Shown: positions 9,858 to 18,825 of the stretch, piece by piece
Position numbering within the stretch: the first letter of the stretch is position 1
Layout: each line of letters begins with the position of its first letter
Assembly (NCBI GenBank): GCA_018969385.1
Contig: JAGWYL010000001.1
Coordinates: 2,677 to 66,676, forward strand
Source of the DNA: Patescibacteria group bacterium
Lineage (GTDB): Bacteria; Patescibacteriota; Minisyncoccia; Phycocordibacterales; Phycocordibacteraceae
Reading direction: 5' to 3'
Length of the DNA: 64,000 nt
The notes under the pieces: generated by a model
Seen by the model: only the letters and a program-made list of their open reading frames with translations
The model's database searches: none
What the model was told of the DNA's origin: nothing
Position numbers and translations under genes: made by a program

Positions 9858-10895
9858 TTAGGCGATTATCTTCCCGTCCTCAAGGAGCGTCTTCCCGCGA
9901 AGCACCACCTTCATGGGTTTGCCGTAGAGTTCCCAGCCCGTAAACGGCGACCAGCCGCACTTGCTCTCGTAGCCGTCCTTGCCTGCCGTGTACGGCGCGT
10001 CCGGATCAAGTTCGACATACGTGTCCGGCTGCTCGGGAATGTTGAAAATCTTTCTCGGGAGCGTATGCATGGCCTCCACGACGCGTTCCTCCGTGATGCT
10101 TCCGTCCGCGACCGCCTTCAGCATGAGGCCGAGCGAGGTCTCAAGCCCGGGCACGCCGAAAGCCGGCGGGTCTTTCTCTTTCTCCTCTTTCGTGTGCGGC
10201 GCGTGGTCCGTCTCCACGATGTCCACGGTCCCGTCGACGAGCCCCGCCCAGAGCGCCGCCTGGTCTTCGAGCGTGCCGAGAGGCGGCTTCATGGTGGCAT
10301 AGCCTTTCTTCTCTTCGCGATCCTTCTCCGTCATGAAGAGGTGGTGCGGACAGACGCCGGCGGTGACGCTTCGTCCCGCGGCCTTCGCCTTGCGGACAGC
10401 TTCCACTTCGGACGCCTGCGTGATGTGGCATACGTGGAGACGCTGTCCGTGCTTATCCGCGAGCGCGATGGCCATGTCGAGCTGCGGCCCTTCCGCGTGC
10501 ACGAGGATGGGTTTCCCTGGCGGCCATGCGGCGAACACCGTCTCAAGGAGCTTCGGGTCCTCGATGAGCATCTCCCCGGTCGTATGGTTGCAGTAGAGCT
10601 TCAGGCCGAACACTTCCGGCCGCGATGCCGCTTCAGCGAACGTATCCGCGTTCTTGCCGTTCGTGCCGTAGTGGAACCCGATGTCGCAGATGGCTTTCTT
10701 CGCAAGCGCGACCTTCTCGTCGAGCCGCTCGATGGATACGGTCGGCGTCGGATTGTTCGGCATGTCGATGACGAAGGTCACGCCGCCCGCGATGGCCGCG
10801 CGCGAACCCGTATAGAAATCTTCCTTCTGCGTCGCGCCCGGTTCGCGAAGATGCACATGCACGTCTATGAATCCCGGGAATCGTTTGGTAGCCAT
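9858..10895 (-). CDS. pyrC: Dihydroorotase
   Basis: GFIDVHVHLREPG metal-binding motif. ATG at 10895 (MATKRFPGF). The track's longer ORF to 10964 was rejected as an upstream extension. Confidence 0.85.
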   Translation of the reverse strand: MATKRFPGFIDVHVHLREPGATQKEDFYTGSRAAIAGGVTFVIDMPNNPTPTVSIERLDEKVALAKKAICDIGFHYGTNGKNADTFAEAASRPEVFGLKLYCNHTTGEMLIEDPKLLETVFAAWPPGKPILVHAEGPQLDMAIALADKHGQRLHVCHITQASEVEAVRKAKAAGRSVTAGVCPHHLFMTEKDREEKKGYATMKPPLGTLEDQAALWAGLVDGTVDIVETDHAPHTKEEKEKDPPAFGVPGLETSLGLMLKAVADGSITEERVVEAMHTLPRKIFNIPEQPDTYVELDPDAPYTAGKDGYESKCGWSPFTGWELYGKPMKVVLRGKTLLEDGKIIA

Positions 10896-10965
10896 TGGGC
10901 AGTATTGTAGCAGACACAGCAAGGGCTCGCCGAAGCGAGCCCTTGATACTTCTTTTTTCCGCACC

Positions 10966-11478
10966 CTATCGTGCGGGACGCGGAGGAAACAGGAACGTCA
11001 GGATGCGCTGCGCCCCCGGCGTGCCGTAATCGACGAAGCGGAACTCCTTCCCGAACCTGCACACGTTCTGCGGCAGGAAGAGGTCTTCCGTATCGATACC
11101 ATCCGGCGGTTCGGTGAACGGACAGTACTCTCCGTCCGCAAGCGGTTCGCCGCGCGGCATGACGAGGATGAGTCCGCCGAGATACGTGCGCATCACCGGC
11201 GCGATAGGCAGTTCCGGATGCGCGGCGTAGAGCTCGCGTTCGCGACGATTCGCGCCGAAGCCGTCCACCCAGAGCCTCACCGCATAGCGCCAGACGCCTT
11301 CCACCGCGTGCATCCTTCCGTCCATCGTCAGTTTGCGCATCAAGAGCCCTCTTCCGCCCTCATGCTGCGTGCGCAAGGGGATGGCGATGATGCGGAGTAG
11401 CCCGATGACGCGCGGAATCTTTATCGCCTTATGTTTCGTAAGAACAACGTAACGCGTATACCCTGCGGAGACCTTCAT
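10966..11478 (-). CDS. Hypothetical protein
   Basis: 170-aa ORF with ATG at 11478. A strong SD (GGGAGGAG) lies 8 nt upstream. It is co-oriented upstream of pyrC. Confidence 0.5.
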   Translation of the reverse strand: MKVSAGYTRYVVLTKHKAIKIPRVIGLLRIIAIPLRTQHEGGRGLLMRKLTMDGRMHAVEGVWRYAVRLWVDGFGANRRERELYAAHPELPIAPVMRTYLGGLILVMPRGEPLADGEYCPFTEPPDGIDTEDLFLPQNVCRFGKEFRFVDYGTPGAQRILTFLFPPRPAR

Positions 11479-11580
11479 CGGACTCCTCCCTGTCTAGGTT
11501 ACGTGGTCAAAATGATACTACTATATCCAGTGTTGTCAAATCACCGGAAGCGCCGCTTCGCAGGATGCTACTCTGTAGCG

Positions 11581-12243
11581 ATGCGCCGCAGACATCGGTA
11601 CCTTCTCTACTGCCTCCTATCCCTCTTCGCGTTCGCGCTCATCGCGCTCGCGGTCGAGTTCGCGCCGGCCGTACGCGCCTTTGACGCTTCTGCCGTCGCC
11701 GCGCTTGCGGCGGCGCGCACGTATCCGGGAGTCTCGCTCATGCTCTTCTTCACCGAGCTCGGTTCCGCGGTTCCCGTCACGCTTATCGTCGCCGCCATCG
11801 GCATCGTCCTTCTCGCGCGCAAGCGGGAAGCGCCCTTGACGGCGTTTTCCATCACGCTCCTCGGCGCGCTCTCTTCCTACCTCGTCGCGAAGGATGTCTT
11901 CGCGCTCGCGCGGCCGGACGTATTCTTCCGCGCGATAGCCGTCACGGGCTATACGTTCCCGAGCGGCCACGCGACGATGGCCGCCGCGCTCTACGGGTCG
12001 CTCGCGCTCTCGCTCTCTCACGCGCTCGAGATCGCGCGCGGGGCGGAACATACGCGCGCGCTGCGCGTCTGCATAGCCGTCGCGTGCGCGCTCGTCGCGC
12101 TCATGATCGGCATAAGCCGCGTATACCTCGGCGTGCACTTCCCTTCGGATGTCATCGCGGGGTTCGCGCTCGGCCTCGCGTGGCTCTACTTCGGAAATTA
12201 CGCGGCGCTCCATCATCCGCACCTGAAGCGCCTTAACGCATGA
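11581..12243 (+). CDS. PAP2 family phosphatase (undecaprenyl-diphosphatase-like)
   Basis: PSGH and SRVYLGVHFPSDV motifs. ATG at 11581 (MRRRHRY). The track's longer ORF starts at 11431. Confidence 0.75.
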   Translation: MRRRHRYLLYCLLSLFAFALIALAVEFAPAVRAFDASAVAALAAARTYPGVSLMLFFTELGSAVPVTLIVAAIGIVLLARKREAPLTAFSITLLGALSSYLVAKDVFALARPDVFFRAIAVTGYTFPSGHATMAAALYGSLALSLSHALEIARGAEHTRALRVCIAVACALVALMIGISRVYLGVHFPSDVIAGFALGLAWLYFGNYAALHHPHLKRLNA

Positions 12244-12857
12244 GCCTCTTCAACCTTGACCTTCCCGCACTCGTCGAGGCGCTCGGCGTCGCCGGCGTCG
12301 CGCTCGTCGTCTTCCTCGAATCCGGCATACCGTTCGGCTTCTTCTTTCCGGGCGACTCGCTCCTCTTCACCGCGGGCCTCATCGCGTCGAAAGGATTCCT
12401 CGACATGCCCGCGCTCCTCATCGCGCTTCCCGTAGCCGCGATACTCGGCGACAGCGCGGGCTACTGGCTCGGCGCCGTCGCAGGCCGTTCGCTTATGGAG
12501 CGCCCGCGCTTCTTCGTCCGTCCGAGCCATATCGAGCGCACGCGCCTCTTCTTCGAACGGCACGGCACGCGCGCGGTGATACTCGCGCGCTTCGTGCCCA
12601 TCGTGCGCACGTTCACGCCGCTTCTCGCGGGCGCGGGTTCCATGCGCTACCCGCTCTTCCTGCGCTTCAACGTCATCGGCGGCGTCCTCTGGACCGTCCT
12701 TGTCACGAGCGCGGGCTACACGCTCGGTTCCGTCATCCCGGGAAGCGAAAAGCTGCTTCTGCCGCTCTCCGCGGCTGTCATCCTCATCTCCTTCATTCCG
12801 ATACTGGCCGAGCTTTGGCGAAACGGTAGCGGTACTCGTGGAAAGCGAGGAGAATGA
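12240..12857 (+). CDS. DedA/VTT-domain family membrane protein
   Basis: 205 aa containing the DedA signature region GYWLG....R..RF.P..RTF. ATGA overlap with the PAP2 stop. Confidence 0.8.
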   Translation: MSLFNLDLPALVEALGVAGVALVVFLESGIPFGFFFPGDSLLFTAGLIASKGFLDMPALLIALPVAAILGDSAGYWLGAVAGRSLMERPRFFVRPSHIERTRLFFERHGTRAVILARFVPIVRTFTPLLAGAGSMRYPLFLRFNVIGGVLWTVLVTSAGYTLGSVIPGSEKLLLPLSAAVILISFIPILAELWRNGSGTRGKRGE

Positions 12858-13296
12858 CGATGACGTCGAAGAATGAGATGACGAGGAGCCACGGCGAGTG
12901 GCCGAGCGAATAGCGGTACATCTGGTAGACGACGAGGAGCGACATCACGCCGATGAAGGCGGGGTACGCGAGCCGGTGGCCGGAGAGCACGCCCGCGATG
13001 AGCGCGAGCTTTATGATGCCGTGCGAGATGAGATACACCGCGGCGAAGTCCGCGCCGGAGACGGACACGGACTGCGCCGCGGCATGGATGGTTCCCGCGA
13101 TGATGTCGTGCGGGTCTTCGTTGAGCTCGCTGTCCGTGAGCGAGATGATGGTGGCGAGTATCGCCTGCGTATTGACGAACAGGAGGAGCAGCCCGCCTAT
13201 GAACTCAAGCGAGGAGTCCACAGCCTTTATGAAAAGCGAGATGAGGAAGAAGTCCCAGATGCCCTGTTCCCTGAACTTGAAGAAAGGCACGCGCAT
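12793..13296 (-). CDS. Hypothetical membrane protein
   Basis: 167 aa with multiple TM segments. ATG at 13296. Confidence 0.5.
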   Translation of the reverse strand: MRVPFFKFREQGIWDFFLISLFIKAVDSSLEFIGGLLLLFVNTQAILATIISLTDSELNEDPHDIIAGTIHAAAQSVSVSGADFAAVYLISHGIIKLALIAGVLSGHRLAYPAFIGVMSLLVVYQMYRYSLGHSPWLLVISFFDVIVILLAFHEYRYRFAKARPVSE

Positions 13297-13306
13297 AGGT
13301 CGGACG

Positions 13307-13645
13307 CTAGGTTTCGCGGATCCAGAAGCCGAACAGGAGGTTCACGAGCGACAGCACGACGGAGAACAGGAGCGCCGTCCAGAATCCCGCCACGAAGAAT
13401 CCGGGCACGAGCGCGCTCGCGAGCATGACCAAGAGCGCATTGATGACGAGCGAGAACAGCCCGAGCGTCGCCACCGTCACCGGAAGCGTGAGGATGAGCA
13501 GCACCGGCTTCACGAAGAGGTTCAGGACCCCGAGCACTGCCGCCGCGAGGAACGCGCCGATGAGCGTCACATGCGTTCCGGGCACCACGGCCGCGGCGAC
13601 GGCGATGGCGAGAGCAGCGACTATCCACTGGAGAAACAGCCTCAT
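13307..13645 (-). CDS. Phage holin family protein (4-TM, DUF360/YvlD-like)
   Basis: 112 aa closely resembling YvlD-type proteins (LPG.HV..F..A...A.VLG.LN..VKP.L..LTLP...LTLGLF.LVINAL). Confidence 0.65.
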   Translation of the reverse strand: MRLFLQWIVAALAIAVAAAVVPGTHVTLIGAFLAAAVLGVLNLFVKPVLLILTLPVTVATLGLFSLVINALLVMLASALVPGFFVAGFWTALLFSVVLSLVNLLFGFWIRET

Positions 13646-13713
13646 TGGGTCAGCATACCACGGCGCCCGCGCTGCGGGCGCCGTGGTATGCTTTATGGAA
13701 CGCGTCCGTCCTC

Positions 13714-14421
13714 ATGGAAATCTCACTGGTTATCCCGGCGTATAACGAAGAGGACTATATCGCCGACTGCATCAAGAGCGCGCTCGCGTTCGACGGCTTC
13801 AAGGAAATCATCGTCGTCGACAACGCATCCACGGACCGTACGGCGGATATCGCGCGCGGTTTCCCGGGCGTTTCCGTCGTGCGCGAGGAGAACAGGGGCA
13901 CCGGATTCGCCCGCGACCGCGGATTCCGCGAATCGAGCGGCGACCTCGTCGCGTTCGTGGACGCCGATACGCGCGTGCGGGCGCGCTGGCGCGCGCAGGT
14001 CATTTCCGCGTTCGTCCGCGATCCGAACCTCGTCTGCCTCACGGGCCCGTACTGGTTCTATGACCTCCCTTTCATCACGGCGCAGCTCCTGAATCTCAAC
14101 TGGCGGCTCGCATACATCGGGAACCTCTTCACCGGCCCTCTCGTGGTCGGGGGAAACATGGTGCTGCGCCGGGAGACGCTCGAAAAGATGGGTGGCTTCA
14201 ACACGTCCATCGTCTTCTACGGTGACGACATAGACATATCCCGCCGTGCGGCGAGATTCGGCCGCGTGCGCTTCACCTTCGCCATCATGATTGACTCGTC
14301 CGGACGTCGCTACCGGGTCTCCGGCGTCCTGCGCACCCTCGCGCTCTATATCAGGAATGCGGTAGTCGGCGCATTCCACGAACATCCGGAATACACCGGC
14401 GGGTACGAGGATATCCGCTAG
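13714..14421 (+). CDS. Family 2 glycosyltransferase (polyprenol-phosphate glycosyltransferase-like), paralog 1
   Basis: MEISLVIPAYNEE and VVDNASTDRT motifs. ATG at 13714. Confidence 0.8.
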   Translation: MEISLVIPAYNEEDYIADCIKSALAFDGFKEIIVVDNASTDRTADIARGFPGVSVVREENRGTGFARDRGFRESSGDLVAFVDADTRVRARWRAQVISAFVRDPNLVCLTGPYWFYDLPFITAQLLNLNWRLAYIGNLFTGPLVVGGNMVLRRETLEKMGGFNTSIVFYGDDIDISRRAARFGRVRFTFAIMIDSSGRRYRVSGVLRTLALYIRNAVVGAFHEHPEYTGGYEDIR

Positions 14422-14455
14422 GGGCTCCGAAGAAGTGGTATCGTAGGCGTATCGC

Positions 14456-15169
14456 ATGGAAATCTCACTCGTCATTCCCGCATATAACGAGGAGAAGTGG
14501 GTGGGACAAGCGCTCGCGAGCGTGTTCAAGAACGCGCCTCATAGGTTCAAGGAAATCATCGTCGTCGACAACGCATCCACGGACCGTACGGCGGATATCG
14601 CGCGAGGTTTCCCGGGCGTTTCTGTCGTACGCGAGGACAATAAGGGAACGAGCTTCGCGCGTCTTAGGGGGGCGCTCGCTACGACGTCGGAGGTCATCGC
14701 CTTCATGGACGCGGACGAACGCATGCGCCCCGGATGGTACGAGATGATAGCGCGCTCCTTCACGAAGGACCCGAACCTCGCCGTGCTTTCGGGGCCGTAC
14801 CACTACTACGGCATCCCCGCATGGCAGGACATCATCATCCGCATCGACTGGCTCCTTGCCGCCCCTATCAACTGGCTCACCCACACCGGCGTCGTGGGCG
14901 GCAATTTCGCCATACGGCGGACCATCTTCGACAAGATGCACGGCTTCAACACGACGCTCGTCTTCTTCGGCGACGACGTCGATATCGGACGGCGCGCGCG
15001 CAATTTCGGCCGCGTCCGCTTCTCGTTCCGGTTCATCATCGACGCGTCATCCCGCCGCTTCCGCGGCGCAGGACTCCTCTACACGCTCTGGCTCTACGCG
15101 CGCAACCTCCTCGAGGGCGCGTTCGCAGCGCACCCGAACTACACGAAAACGCACCGGGACTTCCGCTGA
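14456..15169 (+). CDS. Family 2 glycosyltransferase, tandem paralog 2
   Basis: Shares the MEISLVIPAYNEE and VVDNASTDRTADIARGFPGVSVVRE motifs with the upstream paralog. Confidence 0.8.
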   Translation: MEISLVIPAYNEEKWVGQALASVFKNAPHRFKEIIVVDNASTDRTADIARGFPGVSVVREDNKGTSFARLRGALATTSEVIAFMDADERMRPGWYEMIARSFTKDPNLAVLSGPYHYYGIPAWQDIIIRIDWLLAAPINWLTHTGVVGGNFAIRRTIFDKMHGFNTTLVFFGDDVDIGRRARNFGRVRFSFRFIIDASSRRFRGAGLLYTLWLYARNLLEGAFAAHPNYTKTHRDFR

Positions 15170-15191
15170 CGGCCGCGGCACGGAGCGCGCC

Positions 15192-15791
15192 TCACCACTC
15201 CTTTTTCGCAAGACGCTTCAGCCCGTACCGCATGAAGAGGATGGCGGCGACGAGCGCGACCGCGAGCGACACGAGACGCAGCGACGCGGGAATGTAATCC
15301 GTGAGATTGCCGAAGTAGAAGCCGATGGCGATGGGCATGATGGCCCAGAGCAGTTCCCCTGAAACGTTGATGGCGAGATAGCGGAAGAACGGCACGCGCA
15401 TCATGCCCGCGACCGCCAAGGTGGCGATGGCGATGCCGAAGCCCATGGTGAGCTTGTTGATGATAAGTATGCGCGCGTGATACTTGAGGAAGCGTTCCTC
15501 AAGCCGCGCGATGAGCTCCTCCGTGAGTCCGAAGTAATGGCCGAACCGCAGGAGGAACGGGCGCGCGCCGATGCGGCCTATCCAATACCAGCCGATGTCG
15601 CCGACGATGTCGGCGCTGACGATGGTCGCGTAGGCGAGCCAGAAGTCGAGCTGGCCCGCATGGATGAGATAGCCGGCGGCTATCATCACGACCGGACTCC
15701 CGAACAGCGTCGAAACGAAGAGGAGGCCGTACCGGGACGCCTCGACGAATGCGACGAGGCCCGTTATGAGCGGGTACATGCCCGCTATCAT
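15192..15791 (-). CDS. DedA/VTT-domain family membrane protein (second copy)
   Basis: 199-aa DedA-like protein. ATG at 15791. Confidence 0.75.
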   Translation of the reverse strand: MIAGMYPLITGLVAFVEASRYGLLFVSTLFGSPVVMIAAGYLIHAGQLDFWLAYATIVSADIVGDIGWYWIGRIGARPFLLRFGHYFGLTEELIARLEERFLKYHARILIINKLTMGFGIAIATLAVAGMMRVPFFRYLAINVSGELLWAIMPIAIGFYFGNLTDYIPASLRLVSLAVALVAAILFMRYGLKRLAKKEW

Positions 15792-15835
15792 AGCAGAAAA
15801 TCGGGTTCCGGCGACGCCGTCTGGGGAGAAAGCGG

Positions 15836-16561
15836 CTATCCCGTAAGCGCGACGACCGCGTAGAGGACTGCGGCCCCGAGGATGGTCATGAGCGTCGTCG
15901 CGACGCGCGGATGGCGGTGATGGCTTTCCGGTATGAGGTCGCTCGCGGAAAGATAGAGGAAGAAGCCCGCGAAGACGGCGAGCACGATGCCGAGCCAGCG
16001 TTCGGGTATCGCGAACAGGAGCGTCGAGGCGGCGCCCATGACGGGCGCGAGCGCGTCCACGAAGAGCCAGCGAAATGCTCGAGCGCGCGCTCCCCCGTTC
16101 TTGAGGACGACATTCACCGTATTGATGCCGTCGGAAAAATCGTGCGTCAGCACCGCCGCGGTGATGACGATGCCGACGGCGAGCGATGCCTGGAAGCCGA
16201 CGCCGATGGCGACGCCATCGAGAAAGCTGTGAATGGACAGCGTGGCCGCCCCGAGGAACCCGCGGTGGACGTTTCCGGCGCCCGCCTCATCGTCCTCATC
16301 GTGCGTATGGAGGAGGATGAGGCGGTCGAGCAGGAGATAGAACAGGAACCCCGCGGCAAGCGCGAGCGTCAGCATGCGCGGTGCGAAGTACGGCGCGGAC
16401 AGCGCCATGGATTCAGGCAGGAGGTCGAAGAGCGCGACGCCGACGACCGCGCCCGCGGAGAATCCGAGGATGAGATGCAGCTTGTCGCGGAACCGTATGG
16501 CGAACGAACCGCCTATATAGGTGGCGACGAATGCGGCGCAGGCGACGAGGATGACCGTCAT
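15836..16561 (-). CDS. zupT: ZIP family metal (zinc) transporter
   Basis: HSFLDGVAIG and HDFSDG motifs. 8 TM segments. Confidence 0.85.
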   Translation of the reverse strand: MTVILVACAAFVATYIGGSFAIRFRDKLHLILGFSAGAVVGVALFDLLPESMALSAPYFAPRMLTLALAAGFLFYLLLDRLILLHTHDEDDEAGAGNVHRGFLGAATLSIHSFLDGVAIGVGFQASLAVGIVITAAVLTHDFSDGINTVNVVLKNGGARARAFRWLFVDALAPVMGAASTLLFAIPERWLGIVLAVFAGFFLYLSASDLIPESHHRHPRVATTLMTILGAAVLYAVVALTG

Positions 16562-16573
16562 GGATCTTGCGGA

Positions 16574-17005
16574 TCAGGCGCACGCCTTGCAGAGGCCGAA
16601 GAATTCGAGCGTATGCGAACGGACGGACGCGAAGCGCCTCGCGCTCCTCAGTGCGCCGCGCTCAAGCTGCGCGTCCGGTACGTCGACATCCTCGAAGGCG
16701 CCGCACACTTCGCAGACCAGATGATGGTGATGCTCGCGCGGATTCACGTATTCATAGTGCGCATGCTGGTGCTTCAGGTCCACCTTCCGTACCAGGCCGG
16801 CTTTCTCGAACGCAGCGAGCGCGCGGTATACATTCACGCGGTTCAGGCGGCGGCGCATGAGCCGCGCCAGTTCCGCGGGACTCATGGGCTTATCCGCTTC
16901 AACCAACGCCCGGAGCAGCGCCGCACGGCCGAGGGTCGCGCGGCCGCCGGCACCGCGCTGAATCGCGGCAAACGGAAGGTCGCCCGACATCCGTACCGTG
17001 CTCAT
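16574..17005 (-). CDS. zur: Fur family transcriptional regulator, likely Zur
   Basis: 143 aa with HHHHLVCEVCG...CKAC metal sites. ATG at 17005 was derived by counting back from the stop. The track's 381-aa ORF is an antisense extension into guaA. Confidence 0.8.
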   Translation of the reverse strand: MSTVRMSGDLPFAAIQRGAGGRATLGRAALLRALVEADKPMSPAELARLMRRRLNRVNVYRALAAFEKAGLVRKVDLKHQHAHYEYVNPREHHHHLVCEVCGAFEDVDVPDAQLERGALRSARRFASVRSHTLEFFGLCKACA

Positions 17006-17046
17006 AGCGATTGCCTCCTGTCCCGCCTTTTCATCCGGGTATCCTA

Positions 17047-17075
17047 TCCTAAACGCAACTTTGTTGCAATAAGGA
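17047..17075. promoter_or_regulatory. Imperfect 29-bp palindrome TCCTAAACGCAACTTTGTTGCAATAAGGA in the zur/guaA divergent region; candidate Zur/Fur-family operator
   Basis: Palindrome seen in the sequence, with a perfect core GCAAC-TTT-GTTGC and flanks TCCTAA/TAAGGA. It lies ~40 nt upstream of the zur start. Confidence 0.3.
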
Positions 17076-17179
17076 TTTGGCGGGAAGGCACGGGAAATGA
17101 TGCGCGGCATGCGAGCAGTACCTGGCAGCGGCGCGGACGCATCTGTTACTATGGGGCCACTATCCCTCACCCGCCGCGC

Positions 17180-18715
17180 ATGACCGAAACGCCGAAGCTT
17201 CTCATCATCGACCTCGGGAGCCAGTACACGCTCGTCATCGAACGCACGCTGCGCGAGCTCGGCTACCGTTCGGTCGTCCTCTCCCCCAAACGGGCGGACG
17301 AGTGGCTCGCCTCGGGACGCGATGTGCGGGGCATCATCCTTTCCGGCGGGAACAAGAGCGTCTATGACGCGGACGCTCCCGCGCTTCCGCGCGAGCTGTT
17401 CGCGCTCGGCGTCCCGCTCCTCGGCATCTGCTACGGCATGCAATGGCTCGCGCATGCGAAAGGCGGGACGGTCCGGCCCGCGCGCGGCAAGCGCGAATAC
17501 GGCGACACGAGCATCACGGTCCTTTCCGCACAGGGCCCGCTCGCGAAGACGCCCGCGAAGCAGCCGGTGTGGGCAAGCCACGGGGATTCCGTGACGAAGC
17601 TTCCGAAAGGATTCTCGGTGCTCGCGAAGACGAAGGACGGCGCGAATGCCGCCATGTGGAACGGACGCGATGACGCGCATGCGGTCTGGGGCCTCCAGTT
17701 CCACCCTGAAGTGACGCACACGAAGTACGGCAAGACGATGCTCAAGAACTTCATTGCCGCCACCCGCCTAAGCCGGGACTGGAAGCCGGAGGACCTCATC
17801 TCCTCGATTCAGGCGGACATCGTCCGTGAGGTAGGCGCGAAGAAAGTCATCTTCGGCATGTCGGGCGGCGTGGATTCCACCACGCTCGGCGCAGCGCTCG
17901 CGCCGGTCCTAAGGAAGCGGCTCCTCGGCATCGCCATAGACGGCGGGAACCTGCGCGAGAATGAGTTGGCGGAAATCAAGAGACACGCGAAAGCGGCCGG
18001 GGTCACGCTCAAGGTCATAGACGCGCGGGAAGAGTTCCTGCGCGCGCTCGGTAAGACCATCAACGCTGAAGAGAAGCGCGCCGCATTCAAGCGCGTCTAC
18101 ACGTCCATCTTCATCCGCGAGGCGAAGAAGTTCGGCGCGTCCTACGTGCTTCAGGGAACGCTCGCGCCGGACCTCATAGAGTCCGGCGCCACCGGCGGCG
18201 CGGTCATAAAGTCGCACCATAACGTCGGCCTCACGATGGACGGGCTCATCCAGCTCCATCCGTTCGGTTCCCTCTTCAAGTACGAAGTGCGCGCGCTCGC
18301 GAAGCGCCTCGAGCTTCCGGAGACGGTCTTCAAGCGCGAGCCGTTTCCGGGACCCGGGCTCTTCGTCCGCGTCGTCGGCACGCCGGTAACCGCGCAAGCG
18401 CTCGAAGTCGTCCGCTTCGCGGACGCGCGCGTCCGCGAGATATTCAAGCGGCATCCGGAGCTTGCGGATGTCGCGCAGACCGTGGTCGCGTACCTCGGCG
18501 TCCATACGGTCGGGGTCAAGGGCGACGCCCGCGTCTACGGCGGCGCCATCGCGGTACGCGCGATACGCACCCTCGACTTCATGACCGCATCCGGCGTCCA
18601 TCTTTCGGAACAGGCGGAGAATGAGATTCAGCAATCGCTCATCCAGCACGAGTCCATCGTGCGCGTATTCTTCGACCCCACGGACAAGCCGCCCGGCACT
18701 ACGGAGTTCGAATGA
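17180..18715 (+). CDS. guaA: GMP synthase (glutamine-hydrolyzing)
   Basis: GATase (GICYGMQ) and ATP-PPase (SGGVDS) motifs. ATG at 17180. Confidence 0.9.
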   Translation: MTETPKLLIIDLGSQYTLVIERTLRELGYRSVVLSPKRADEWLASGRDVRGIILSGGNKSVYDADAPALPRELFALGVPLLGICYGMQWLAHAKGGTVRPARGKREYGDTSITVLSAQGPLAKTPAKQPVWASHGDSVTKLPKGFSVLAKTKDGANAAMWNGRDDAHAVWGLQFHPEVTHTKYGKTMLKNFIAATRLSRDWKPEDLISSIQADIVREVGAKKVIFGMSGGVDSTTLGAALAPVLRKRLLGIAIDGGNLRENELAEIKRHAKAAGVTLKVIDAREEFLRALGKTINAEEKRAAFKRVYTSIFIREAKKFGASYVLQGTLAPDLIESGATGGAVIKSHHNVGLTMDGLIQLHPFGSLFKYEVRALAKRLELPETVFKREPFPGPGLFVRVVGTPVTAQALEVVRFADARVREIFKRHPELADVAQTVVAYLGVHTVGVKGDARVYGGAIAVRAIRTLDFMTASGVHLSEQAENEIQQSLIQHESIVRVFFDPTDKPPGTTEFE

Positions 18716-18750
18716 CCTGATGCCGATGCTGATGCCGCTTTTGCGTCGGG

Positions 18751-18792
18751 CATATTCTTATCCGCGGCCGACCGGACGATGATAAGAATATG
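18751..18792. terminator. AT-rich 12-bp perfect inverted repeat (catattcttatc / gataagaatatg, 18-nt spacer) between convergent guaA and def; bidirectional terminator or protein-binding palindrome
   Basis: Inverted repeat seen in the sequence. Confidence 0.3.
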
Positions 18793-18825
18793 GACGCGGA
18801 GGCAGCGCGGCGGACGGTGGGCCGC

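Noticed and set aside
16574-17719. 381-aa minus ORF containing zur
   Set aside because: Only the C-terminal 143 aa from ATG 17005 are Fur-like. The upstream 238 aa are antisense to guaA.
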